A DNA stretch of 64,000 nucleotides from Squalus acanthias (GCA_030390025.1 CM059432.1:5270001-5334000); one strand, 5' to 3'. Shown: positions 50,281-62,140, counted from the stretch's first letter. Translations and numbers: made by a program. The notes: generated by a model from the sequence alone, not told the origin.

Positions 50281-51013
50281 AGTGTGCCAGTGCAGCCTTC
50301 GGTCGCCTGAGGAAGAGAGTGTTTGAAGACCTGGACCTCAGACCCGGCACCAAGCTCATGGTCCACAGAGCAGCAGTGATACCCGCCCTCCTATATGCTT
50401 CAGAGACATGGACCACATACAGCAGGCACCTCAAAGCACTGGAGAGGTACCACCAACGCTGCCTCCGCAAGATCCTGCCAATCCATTGGCAGGATCGGCA
50501 CACCAACGTCAGTGTTCTCGCTCAGGCCAACATCCCCAGCATCGAAGCTTTTACCACGCTCGATCAGCTCCGATAGACGGGCCACATCGTCCGCATGCCC
50601 GATACGAGACTCCCAAAACAAGCGCTCCACTCGGAGCTCCGACACCGCAAGAGAGCCCCAGGTGGGCAGAGGAAACGCTTCAAGGACACCCTCAAAGCCT
50701 CCTTGAAAAAGTGCAACATCCCCACCGACACTTGGGAATCCCTGGCCCAAGACCGCACAATGTGGAGGAGAAGCATCCGGGAAGGCGCCGAACACCTCGA
50801 GTCTCTTCGCCGGGAGCAAGTGGAAGCCAAGCGCAAACAGCGGAAGGAGCGCACGTCAACCCAAGCACCCCACTCACCCGCCCCTTCAACCACCGTCTGC
50901 CCCACCTGTGACAGAGACTGTAGGTCCCGCATTGGATTCATCAGTCACCTGCAAACTCATTTTTAATGTGGAAGCAAGTCATCCTCGGTTCCGAGGGACT
51001 GCCTAAGAAGAAG
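50281..51013 (+). mobile_element. RTE-clade LINE 3' fragment
   Basis: AFGRLRKRVF...LLYASETW...RMPDTRLPKQ...CPTC..H..H; (AAG)n tail. Confidence 0.9.
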
Positions 51014-51448
51014 ATATTCAAGACAGAGATCGATAGATTTTTCAATATTAAGGGAATCAAGGGATATGGGGATAGTGCAGGAAAGTGGAGTTGAGGTAGA
51101 AGATCAGTCATGATCTTATTGAATGGCGGAGCAGGCTCGAGGGGCCGTATTGCCGACTCCTGCTCCTAATTCTTATGTTCTTATGTAAATACAAGTTGTT
51201 GTTGTTGTTAGATGGTACAAAGAAGCATCTTTTGTTCTCGTTTGTAATTTCACTACAAAGAGCGAAGAGAGAAAATATTCCCCCATGTTTTTCTGTTTAG
51301 TCTATAACTAAAAAATACAAGACTGACATACTGGAAACGGCTGCTTAGAAACCATCATGTGGAATAAAGTAAAGTAAGTTGAAGAGAGCGTAAAATGTTG
51401 GGGATCTTGAAGACACCTTGAAGGGATGGTTTGCTGACGTAACACATT

Positions 51449-52211
51449 GGCCCAGAAATTAAACAGTGAGTGTTCACGCGGGGGTAAGGCTTCCCCGCGA
51501 TATCTCACTCCGCGCCTACCTTTTTCCTCCGGGCCCACACGAACTTTAGTTTCAAGGCCAGTCCCACATGCAGCTGTGCAGTGCTTGCATGACCCAGAGA
51601 CGCAATTAGTTCGTGCGAGCTCTGGGATCACGTGATTCAGTTAGAGCCAATGGCAGCACACCATCTTTCATTCATAGTTTTAACAGCAAGGGCTGTCAAA
51701 GCTATGAATCCTACACACCCCCAAAAGAACAGCTAAACCTCAATTAAATTTAAAAAAAAGCCATCACATTAATAAAATAAGTATAGTTAAATAAATTAAC
51801 CACTTTAAACAAAAAATTAAATTTTTGAAAAAATGTAAAATCTTTTTAAAAGTTATAAAAATAAACTTACCTTTCTTTAAAGTCTCTAAAAAAGATAAAC
51901 CTGTTGAAAAAAATTTAAAATAATACTTAATTAACTACTTACCTTGTTAAAAGGGGGTCTACGCCTCCTTTCTTTATGTGTAAAATCTTCCATGCTTACC
52001 TGCGCGTTCAAAGCTGCAAAAATAACTAAGTGCACTGCGTGCGCGCAGCCTGTAGCGCGCACGCAGTTCACTTAGGAACCGCCCCCTTTTGAATTCACGA
52101 AGTGCCGGTTTCCCGCGCATGCGCAGTGCATGCAGGAAACCGGCAATTGGAGACCTAAAACGCGAGAGTACACAGTGCGTACTCTCGCGTATTCGGTCTA
52201 ATTTTCGGGCC
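51449..52211. mobile_element. Harbinger-like MITE family A copy 3 (divergent)
   Basis: TIRs GGCCCAGAAATTA / TAATTTTCGGGCC; TSD ATT; same AT-rich core. Confidence 0.8.
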
Positions 52212-52304
52212 ATTATTGTGCTAATTTGTTACGTGGCGTGACAGGATCAGATTTCATGCACATGATTTACCCACACAAAGAGTTACCAATCTCAGCTGCG
52301 CTAT

Positions 52305-52625
52305 CTTTTTTTTATTCGTTCCTGGGATGTGGGCGTCGCTGGCAAGGTCCAGCATTTATTGCCATCCCTAGTTGCCCTTGAGAAGGTGGTGGTGAGCCGC
52401 CTTCTTGAACCGCTGCAGTCCGTGTGGTGAAGGTACTCCCACAGTGCTGTTAGGGAGGGAGTTCCAGCATTTTGACCCAGCGACGATGAAGGAGTGGCTG
52501 ATATGCTTCCAAGTCAGGCTGGCGTGTGACTGGGAGGGGAACTTGGAGGTGGTGGTGATCCCATGCGCCTGCTGTCCTTTGTCCTTCTAGGTGGTAGAGG
52601 TTGCGGGTTTGGGAGGTGCTGCCAA
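52305..52625 (-). mobile_element. CR1/L2-group LINE 3' end
   Basis: Reverse complement of 34910-35226; another copy at about 43815-44110. Confidence 0.8.
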
Positions 52626-53141
52626 AGAAAGGAGCTATAAGGGGAAAAAAATTGGAAATACTGAAAATCTAAAATAAATAAATATTGGCAATACACAGCA
52701 GACCCAACCGTATCTGAAAGAGAAAAGAGGGGGGTTCCAACATTGAACTGCAAACCTGGCACTTACACCGAGATCATGCTCTCGGGCACTGACCCTGCCA
52801 GAGAACGCAGGGCCAGGGGAGGACACATAATTAGCCTGGGGCTGGCAGGGACCCGTGCCTACATGGATACATCTTGGGTGCTCGCCTACACCAAGCTGCT
52901 GGGTAAGCCATCCTCTGCTGCCAGGGCCACGCTGATGCACGTTACCAAGTGGCTCTCTTTGTAATGGGCCTGCGCTAACCCAAAAACAATTTACCTTTTC
53001 TAAGTCATCAGGGTGCAGGCCACTTCACCGGCCTGGACAACCCGACCAGTGCTGCCCTCTTCCCCCCCGCCCCCCACTTCAAGGAGGCGGAACGCCTCTT
53101 CTGACTTGGCATAACAGCCTCCAAAGTTTTTGCAAACTTTT

Positions 53142-53178
53142 GCAACAACACATCATCAGTAGGGTGAAACTAACCTGC

Positions 53179-53211
<33 letters not shown>

Positions 53212-53257
53212 ATTAGTGGGTGAACAATCCAACGCTGGGTGAATTCTGCTTCACAAC

Positions 53258-53289
<32 letters not shown>

Positions 53290-53325
53290 ACGACGTCGCG
53301 ATGAACGCTTGGCCGCCACAAGCCA
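53142..53325 (-). pseudogene. 28S rRNA fragment (domain V, peptidyl-transferase region)
   Basis: GGTCTAAACCCAGCTCACGTTCCC and GGAAGAGCCGACATCGAAGGATCAAAA are reverse complements of conserved LSU sequence; only ~184 bp, with substitutions. Confidence 0.93.
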
Positions 53326-53647
53326 AAGTTAGGCTGGGTCCCTGTGAGGGCGACGATGCGGGAGCTCCAAGCATCGAGACGCCCTTCCCCCCATCCTTGC
53401 CCTCACTGACGCGGGTCCCCCTTGTAAAGGGCAGACAGAGGTTCCACCCCTCACAATTCCCCCCGTGAAAAGTGGCAGCACAGGCTGGGGCCAACTGTAT
53501 CTCGGTCCTGGCCAGCTTCCTGTCCCCTTCTGCTGCACTCCCACTGGAGATCCGGTGCAATTGCAAGTCCCGGTTGTGATGCTAAGATGTTGGATGTGTC
53601 CTTGGGGAAAGGAGTCAAGCAGGATCTGGGTACCAGTCAATCTTGGT

Positions 53648-53990
53648 CATTTAGATAGAGTAAATAAAGAGAAACTGTTTCCAGTGGCTGAAGGGTCGAT
53701 ATCCAGAGGGCACAGATTTAAGGTGATTGGCAAAAAGAACCAGAGGCAAGATGAGGAAAAACTTTTCATGCGACACGTGGTTAGGATTTGGAATGCGCTA
53801 CCTGATAGGGTGGTGGGTACAGATTCAATAGTAGCCTTCAAAAGGGAGTTGGATAAATACTTGAAGGAGAAAAAATTGCTGGGCTATGGGGAAAGAGCGG
53901 GGGAGTGGGACTAACTGGTTTGCTCCTCGAAAGAGCCGGCACAGACTCGATGGGCCGAATGGCCTCCTCCTGTGCCATATCATTGCATGA
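53648..53990 (+). mobile_element. CR1 3' end
   Basis: LDRVNKEKLFP...IWNALP. Confidence 0.88.
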
Positions 53991-54077
53991 TTTTCTTAAC
54001 CATTTCGAAACCTTTACCCAGCTTTCTGAACAAAAAAAGAAAAGTTTTCAAAGAACAGAAAAAATGAAGGGAGATTC

Positions 54078-54550
54078 AAAATAACAACAGAAAACGCTGG
54101 AAAAACTCAGCAGGCCAGGCAGCATCCGTGGAGAGAGAAACAGAGTTAACGTTTCAGGTCGAAGACCTTTCGTCAGAACTGGAAAAAAGCAGGAAATGAA
54201 ATAGATTTAAAGAAAGTATAAAGCTGGGAAAAGGGAGAGGGGATGAAAGAACAAAAGGAGAGATTAAGAGACATTGAGAGACATAAAGTGATAATCAAGG
54301 CAAGAGGAGGTGTTGATGTGACAGGTTGAGGCTAAATGAAGTGTGAAATGCACTGGCAGAATGAAGGACAGCTGCCAGCTTCTGGGGGGAAAAAAAAGGG
54401 GAGGCCAAACAAAAGGGTGGATGAAAAAATAAAATATAAATGTGATGGGGGCCGAGGTTATGATCTAAAATTGTTGAACTCGATGTTGAGTCCAGAGGGC
54501 TGTATGGTGCCTAAACGAAAGATGAGGTGCTGTTCCTCGAGCTTACGCTT
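54078..54550 (-). mobile_element. Penelope-like element 3' end with hammerhead motif
   Basis: Minus strand RKLEEQHLIFRLGTIQPSGLNIEF (typical C-terminus of PLE GIY-YIG ORFs), then CTGACGA...GAAACGTT at 54144-54180. Confidence 0.8.
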
Positions 54551-54683
54551 CATCTGGATTTGGGCATTGGCTGGAACACCAAGGCTTTCATATCTGGAGA
54601 GGGTTGCCTAACATTTCTCAATGGATCAAGTGTTGTCACCGAATAGTTTATCCATGTCTTACCTTTGGCCTCTCTCACTCTTT

Positions 54684-55148
54684 CAGCTGTGGCTCCGTGG
54701 GCAGCACTCTCGCCTCTGAGTCAGAAGGGTGTGGGTTCTAAATCCCACTACATAAAACTTGAACACAAAAAATCTAGGCTGCAGTGCTGAGGGAGTGCTG
54801 CACTGTCGGAGGTGCTGCGTTTTGGATGAGACGTTAAACCAAGGCCCCGTCTGCTTTCTCGGGTGGACGTAAGAGATCCCATGGCCACTATTTCGAAGAA
54901 GAGCAGGGGAGTTCTCCCCGGTGTCCTGGGGCCAATATTTATCCCTCAACCAACATCACTAAAAACAGATTATCTGGTCATTATCACATTGCTGTTTGTG
55001 GGAGCTTGCTGTGTGCAAATTGGCTGCCGCGTTTCCCACATTACAACAATGACTACACTTCAAAAAGTACTTCATTGGCTGTAAAGCGCTTTGAGACGTC
55101 CGGTGGTCGTGAAAGACGCTGTAGAAATGCAAGTCTTAATTTCTTTTT
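54684..55148 (+). mobile_element. Deu-domain SINE
   Basis: Match to other copies. Confidence 0.87.
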
Positions 55149-55192
55149 CGCAAGTGTTGTGTCTCTCCCCTGCTAATCCGGTCTGTAAGATG

Positions 55193-55935
55193 TGCGGAAA
55201 TCGCCTCTCGCCCCGTCAAACAGTTTCCAAAGTTCAGACCCGTCGAACAGACAACACAAAACCCAATGAATCTGTGAAAAACTTCTTTTACTCAGCAAGA
55301 GATTACAAGTAAGCATCCGACAGTTATGTAGCGTATAATAATTCCCAATTATACCTCAGCATACACAGAGCTGTCCCTTTGCTTTAAGCTCAAGCAAAAC
55401 ACCACATACGTACTAACCCCAGCGAGTGGTCAATCCGGCCAGTGACTAGACGTATGACTTCTGGCAACTGACCAGGTCGCCCGGCTACAGCAGCGAGCGG
55501 TCAATTGACAGCATCTTTTATAGCCCAAAATTTGGCAGCCCTCCCACTGTGTACATGTCCCTAACTATACGGCATAATGGTCAGCAATTGTTTCTCAGAC
55601 CCTCTTATCACTAGTTCGTTGAGCCTCCGTGGGTTTCAAGGCGAGGTACATTCCATAGTCTGAAGATGTTTCTGTTTTTGCACTGATGCCACAGCTCAAT
55701 AGTCTGTTCCCACAGAACTTTAGAAGCTTGTTTTCCATATCTGTTGAAAGACAATTGGCAGCTTTCACAGTTTACAAGTCAAACATTTATTTTGCAAAGT
55801 TCTCGCAGCAACCAGTCTCTGTCCTCGCGAAGCATGATGGTACATAAAATTTGGCCAACTTTTCAAGTTACAGCAAAATTTACAGCAAATAGTGTGTTCT
55901 ACAGGTCGTGTCCCATCCCCTCCCCGAATACCGCA
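55193..55935 (-). mobile_element. Candidate solo LTR
   Basis: Inverted termini TGCGGAAATCG / CGAATACCGCA; minus-strand TATAAAA near 55520 and AGTAAA near 55290; no clean TSD. Confidence 0.4.
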
Positions 55936-56232
55936 GTTCCCGTCCCAGACTCATTTACCTCACAGTCGGTATTAACTGGACACTCATCTGCATTACCCTT
56001 TTTCTCCCATTACCTCACAGGCTGTATCTTGAGCTCCAGTCTCTCCTCTCATTTCTCATGTCACCTCACAGACAACCTGGTCCCTGTCACTGTATCTCTG
56101 ACCCGGCCATTATCTGACAGTGTGTGTGTGACCTGATAGTTGGAGTTTCTGTCCTCTTGCCCACTGTCCCTTTGCCTCGCACATCACCTGCCTCTTTCTT
56201 ATTAACTTGGGACACCCTTAACATCCCCTTCG

Positions 56233-56655
56233 CAGCTGTGGCTCAGTTGGTAGCACCCTTGCCTCTGAGTCAGAAGGTTGTCAGAAGGGACTTGAGCACA
56301 AAAATCTAGGCTGACACTCCAGTGCAGTACTGAGGGAGCGCTGCACTCTCGGAGGTGCCGTCTTTCGGATTAGACGTTAACCCGAAGCCCTGTCTGCCCC
56401 CTCAGGTGAATGTAAAAGATCCCATGGCACTATTTCGAAGAAGAGCAGGGGAGTTAGCCCCGTGTCATGGGCCAGAATTATCTGGTCATTATCACATTGC
56501 TGTTTGTGGGAGCTTGCTGTGCACAAATTGGCTGCCGTGTTTCCTACATTACAACAGTGACTACACTTCAAAAAGTACTTCATTGGCTGTAAAGCGCTTT
56601 GAGGCATCCGGAGGTCGTGAAAGGCGCTATATAAATGCAAATCTTTCTTTCTTTC
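56233..56655 (+). mobile_element. Deu-domain SINE
   Basis: Match to other copies. Confidence 0.85.
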
Positions 56656-56712
56656 TCGCTCTCCTACTAACTCAGACTATGTACTAAGCATCAGTTACTT
56701 ACGAATGACAAG

Positions 56713-57247
56713 GGCGCCGCACTTTAGGAAGGATGTGAAGGCCTTAGAGAGGGTGCAGAAAAGATATACGCGAATGGTTCCAGAGATGAGGGACTTCAGT
56801 TACGTGGATAGACTGGAGAAGCTGGGGTTGTTCTCCTTAGAGCAGAGAAGACTGAGAGGAGATTTGATAGAGGTGTTCAAAATCATGAAGGGTCTGGACA
56901 GAGTAGATAGAGAGAAACTGTTCCCGCTGACGGAAGGGTCGAGAACAGAGGACACAGATTTAAGGTGATTGGCAGAAGATCCAAAGGCGACATGAGGAAA
57001 AACTTTTTTACGTAGCGAGTGGTTATGATCTGGAATGCACTGCCTGAGAGGGTGGCGGGGGCAGATTCAATCATGGCTTTCAAAAGGGAATTGGATAAGT
57101 ACCTGAAGGAGAAAAAATTGCAGGGCTACGGGGAAAGGGCGGCGAAGTGGGACTAGCTGAAGTACTCTTGCAGAGAGCCGGCACGGGCTCAACGGGCCAA
57201 AAAGCCTCCTTCTGTGCTGTAACTGTTCTATGATTCTAATCTATTCT
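56713..57247 (+). mobile_element. CR1 3' fragment
   Basis: APHFRKDVKALERVQ...; ATTCTA tail. Confidence 0.88.
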
Positions 57248-57633
57248 AAAAGATGTTACTCATGTTGATTTATCTCAGCCATTCTATTACAAACAAGCTA
57301 AGTTTCACTCTTATCCACAACCTCCTTCCCTGGACACACACCAGACAGACCGAGCGCCACCTACAGGCGAGACTGTGTTGTGCAGGAGGCTGTCGGCCAA
57401 AGGCACAGCGCCCCCTAGCGGTGGGAGGGTCCAAACCACGGGCCAGGCGGCAGCGCCGCGAGTGGCGGGAGGGGTGTATTGCAGGAAGAAAACTCTTCCT
57501 CGGAGGACTGAAGGGCAAGGCTGCAGCGCCCCTAGCCGTGTGGGAGGAGATACATCACCAGGCCAGAGTTCGATAGCGGATTGAGTCAGCCAGATGCAGC
57601 GCCCCTAACGGTCGGAGGAGCTACATCTGTAGG

Positions 57634-57733
57634 GTTCCGACGAAGGGTCTTCGACCTGAAACGTTAACTCTCTTTCTCTCTCCACGGATGTTGCCTGGCC
57701 TGCTGAGTTTTTCCAGCGTTTTCTGTTGTTATT
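57634..57733 (+). mobile_element. 100-bp Penelope-derived insert with mutated hammerhead core
   Basis: Reverse-complement match to 54078-54180; 8-bp TSD TCTGTAGG (57626, 57734). Confidence 0.8.
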
Positions 57734-58237
57734 TCTGTAGGTAATAGTTCTGTCGCGGGCTGAGTGAGTCAGCCAGCGGCAGCGCCCCTAGCGCTGGGAG
57801 GAGATACATCACCGTCCAGAGCTATAGAGCGGGCTCAGTCCTCCAGCTGCAGCGCCAGTAGCGGTGGGAGGAGATAAATCACCAGCCCAGCGTGATAGAG
57901 CGGGTTGAGTCCTCCAGCGGCAGCGCCCTTGGCGGTGGGAGGGACGCGCCGCAGGAGGCGGGCTGTCGCGGGGCGGGTGTGGAGGCCCCGGTGGTAGCGC
58001 CGGGCCTGGAGTTCAGTGCGAAGCTGCGACTGGATGCACTCACGCCCGGGAGGCAGCAGCGCCGCCACCACCACCGCCGCCTTCGTTCGCCCTGTCATTT
58101 TAAGTCAGCGAAGGCTACGAGTGGGACGGACGGGCCTTGCGGGCTAAATTTTCCCCACCACCTCCCACCCAGCCTCCTTAGCCCGCGTCGCCGAGCCATG
58201 TAACGGAGCCGGGGAGGAGGAGCGGAGAGGAGAGGAG

Positions 58238-58657
58238 ATGGCGGCCAACTGGCAGGACGTGTTGACCGACAAGGCCGAGCTGCTGCTGGGCCGGCTGGAG
58301 GAAGGCGTGTGGGCCGGCCTGGGCCTGCTGCGCAGCGGCCTGGGCATCGATTTGGGCCTGGAGCCCTGGCTGAGGCGGCAGGCGCCCGGCTCGGCCGGCT
58401 GGCTGCTGCTGCTGCTCTCGCTGCTGCTGCTCTCGCTGGCCGTGCTGTGGGCCGCCGCCTGCCGCCTGGGCCGCTGCCTCCTGCTGTCGCTCGGCAGGCG
58501 GCGGGAGGGCGCCGAGGCCTCGGGGCCGGCGGCGGCGCCTGGCGGGCGGAGGAGCGGCGGCGGCGGCGCCAGGAACAGGGACAAAACCCCCGGTGACGTC
58601 CAGCAGCAGCGGATCGAAGAGCAGAAGAGGAGAAACAAGAGGAAGGAGAAGCCAAAG
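58238..58657 (+). CDS. MTDH: Metadherin/LYRIC-like, coding exon 1 (140 codons)
   Basis: MAANWQD...GLGLLRSGLGIDLGLEP, hydrophobic TM ending WAAAC, EEQKRRNKRKEKPK then AAG|GTGAGA donor; strong Kozak GAGATGG. Confidence 0.88.
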
Positions 58658-58689
58658 GTGAGAAAATGGGCGAAAGAAACCGCGACAGA

Positions 58690-59390
58690 TCACACAAACC
58701 CCCTGAAACTCTTTAATTTAAACACAAACCCCACCCTCAACCCCTTCACAAACACACACTCTCCCCAACCCCTTCAAATAAACAAACCTGCACCCCGAAC
58801 CCCTTAAAATGAACAACCCCCCACCCTGATCCCTTAATATAACCTCAACCCCATAAAATTAACACAAACCTTCCCTAACCCCTTAAAATGAACACACACT
58901 AACCCCGAACCCCCTAAGATAACCCTCACCCCCACCCTTAACCCCGTCAAATAAATAACTCCCTGTACCTTTTGTAATTAACTCCTGGATCCCTTATAAT
59001 AGCCCTCCACCCTGAACTGCCACACTGAACCCCTTAACATTAATAAACCCCTACCCGCACCCTTAATCCCTTCAAATGAATAACCCCTCATAAATAATAA
59101 CCTCCCTGAACCCCTGATGATAACCCCCTGCACCCACCGTGAACCCCTTAAAATGAACAATCTCACTGAACCCCTTATAATAACTCCCAGAACCTATTGT
59201 GAACTCCTTTTATAATTAACAACCCCTGTACCCCTTGTAGTAACAAACCCCCTTGTATGTACCTTAACCCCTTTATAATTTACAAACCCCCTGTGCCCAC
59301 CCTGAAGCCCTTTACCCTTTGAATTAACAAACCCCTGAACCCCTTTTAATTAAAAACCCCTGTATCCACCCTGAACGTCATATAATTAAC
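58690..59390. repeat. Low-complexity AACCCC/TTAA-rich degenerate repeat
   Basis: Dozens of CCCC runs, almost no G on plus strand. Confidence 0.8.
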
Positions 59391-60714
59391 ACGCCTGTGC
59401 TCTCCCGATCAGCCTGGGATATTCATTGAACATTTTATTTTTAAGCTATTATTTGAAAGTGTAACCTTGCGGGGCCCCCACTCAGTTACAGGGTATTTCT
59501 TGTGTTAAATCTGAGGCCGAAGCTTTTCCGTTAGCCTACCTACCCCCGCTGCGCCCCCCCCCCCCCATTCCTCCCCCTAAACAAATTCACAGGAAAGCCT
59601 CTCGGTCTCGGGAGGGAGTTTAAAACAGTGTTATGTTGACCCTCTGCTAAAGTGTGTTCTTTTATTGTCAGTAAGTAGCCAAAGAGCTTTAGAGAGAGGA
59701 GGAGGAGGGGGAATCTAAAGTATGATATCTTCTCAATCTGCTTTTTGAACAGCCTGAGCCTTGTCGACAAGGCACGAGTGTGGTTAGGCCAGTATCCAAG
59801 AACCAGTTGTGTGATGTGGCAGTTTCAGACAGTGAGAGCAAGAATATCGTGGCACAACCAAATTTATGAACGCAGAAATGTTGCGGTTTTTTGTGTGTAG
59901 TTGCGCATTCACAGGCAAATTTATTGCAGATATACATTTAATGGTTACTTCCGCTTCAGTGTGGATTAACTGGAGCGATTTGCTAAAGAACAGTTAAAAC
60001 GTGTGTGTCTTATCTGCAAACAGATAGTTAGCCATAAACTCGCTTGTTGACTGAGCAAATAAAAATGTTTGCCATGTATTTGCTACTGAGAGCGGTTAGT
60101 GGCAAGGTTCAGTGATACTCTAAAATGTCAAAGGATGCTAGTTAAATGCTGTGTATTTTCTTAAATATTAACTGTAGAATTTTTCACATTCTCTTTCTGC
60201 AGAATGCTTTAGGTATATTTTGAGGGTTTTAATAACGAATCTGTTGCAATCTCAATTCATCTTTGAAGTTTGGTTTGATATCGGGAGGGTTGAGATACTG
60301 ACAGTTTTCAGAATTGCATCTTTGCAACGAAAACAATTACTTTTATATTTGTGTGGCACCTTTTAGTGCTTAATAAAAAAAAGTCTCACAGCACATCTAA
60401 AAATGGAACGAGAGAGAGAGAAAGAGAGGTAGGAGGGGTGACTAAAAGCCTAGTTCAAAAAAATGGGTTTTGAGGCTTTTAAAGGAGGCGAGAGACAGAG
60501 GGATAGAGATGTTTAGGAAGCAGATCCCATTCTCTGGAGCTAAGACAATGAAGACCGCCACCAACTGTGGGGGAAATACACAAAAGGACAGAGGCAGGGG
60601 ACGGGGGGTGGTGCGCTGAGGGTTACAAGACTGGAAGAGGTGGCGGAGATTGGGTGGAGCAAGGTCGTCGCGGGATTTGGGACGGGAGTTATAATGTAAT
60701 ATGTTGGTGAGCCA

Positions 60715-61035
60715 GTGCAACCTACAACGCCCGAGATCTCTGCGCCTCCGCCAATTCCGGCCTCTTGCGCATCCCAGATTTTAATCACTCCACCATTGGC
60801 GGCCGTGCCTTCAGCTGCGAAGGCCCTAAGCTCTGGAATCCCCTCCCTAAACACCTCTACCTCTCCTCCTTTAAGACACTCCTTAAAACCTATCTCTTTG
60901 ACCAAGCTTTTGGTCACCTGACCTAATATCTCTTTATGTGGCTCTGTGTCGAATTCTGTTTGATAATCGTTCCTGTGTGAAGCGGCTTGGGACGTTTTAC
61001 TGCGTTAAAGGCGCTGTATAAATGCAAGTTGTTTA
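60715..61035 (+). mobile_element. L2 3' fragment, with an older inverted copy at ~60340-60690
   Basis: Match to 3705-4130. Confidence 0.82.
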
Positions 61036-61769
61036 ATTCAGCTGGGACAGAGTGAACGAGACTTGGTGTAGCACAGGATAAGGGCAGCAGTATTTTGGAC
61101 AGAAGTGTGGTTAATGATTTTAGTGACGAAGGAGTTGAGTTGAGCACGAAGATGGGCAGTGTTGCTAAGGTGGAATTAGGTGGTCTTGGTGACTGATCGA
61201 ATGCAGGGTTCAAAGTTCCACCCTTGGCCAAACCGTGCCGAATTGTGGCTTAGTCAGAGCAAGTGACTGGGGAGGGGAATGGGATTGGTGACAAGGGAGT
61301 AGAATTCATGGTGCGGACCAAAAATAATAGCCTTGGATTTAGAACATTTACACACTTTACACATTTAAAAAAACAAAGCAAAATGTCTAGATGTTATAGT
61401 AGTGGCAAAACACATGGCTCAGAATGCAGTACCTGGGTTTTCTGTTATAGACCTGGCCCAGGGGTTCGTATAGCTTGATAATGAGTCACTGCTGGCATTT
61501 TAAGATACACAGAGCAATTCCATTATAGTTTCATTTTAAGACCCTTTTTAAAGCACTTTACTCAACCATCTATTATCCTAAGGCATGTTTATCTAAGAGG
61601 CAGTGATGAAACATTATATTGTGGGTGCTGTAAATCAAATTAAGACGTTTAAGGTGGCAGATCATACAATCATTTCCGTGTGTTTTTAAGAGGGCTGGGG
61701 AAGAGAGAGGAATACTCCTGGCTAACTTCAGAAATTTAAACACACTACATCCATAATCTGGTACATTGA

Positions 61770-62140
61770 AGACATAAGAATTTAGTCGGCCATACGACAT
61801 TGAATGGCGGAGCAGACTTGAAGTAAGATCATGGCTGATCTTCGACCTCGACTCCACTTTTCCGCCCGATCCCCATATCCCTTGATTTCCCTAGAGTCCA
61901 AAAATCTTGTATCTATCTCAGCTTTGAATATACTCAACGACTCAGCATCCACAGCCCTCTGGGGCAGTGAATTCCAAAGATTCACAACCCTCTGAGTGAA
62001 GAAATTCCTCCTCATCTAAGTCTTAAATGGCCGACTCCTTAACTTGAGACTGTGCCCCCTAGTTCTAGGCTCTCCAGCCAGGGGAAACACCTCTCAGCAT
62101 CTACCCAGTCAATCCCCTCTCAGTATCTGGTATGTTTCAT
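61770..62140 (-). mobile_element. CR1 3' end
   Basis: ORF 61782-62015(-). Confidence 0.85.

Larger units (their letters stand above)
45358..51186 (+). mobile_element. Host CR1 fragment interrupted by Gypsy and RTE elements
   Basis: CR1 pieces 45358-45502, 49942-50280 and 51014-51186 are collinear. Confidence 0.9.
57350..58660 (+). promoter_or_regulatory. CpG island / promoter region of MTDH-like gene with CTCF-like repeat array
   Basis: High GC and CpG density spanning the first exon; repeated AGCGCCCC(C)TAGCGG. Confidence 0.7.

Noticed and set aside
53142..53325. Functional rRNA gene or R2 insertion site
   Set aside because: Only ~184 bp with substitutions, no rDNA context and no R2 ORF seen
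58095..58697. Antisense ORFs including a poly-Q frame
   Set aside because: Mirror of the CTG-rich Leu transmembrane codons in a GC-rich exon
58658..58807. C-terminal part of the 189-aa ORF
   Set aside because: Lies past the AAG|GTGAGA donor in low-complexity intron
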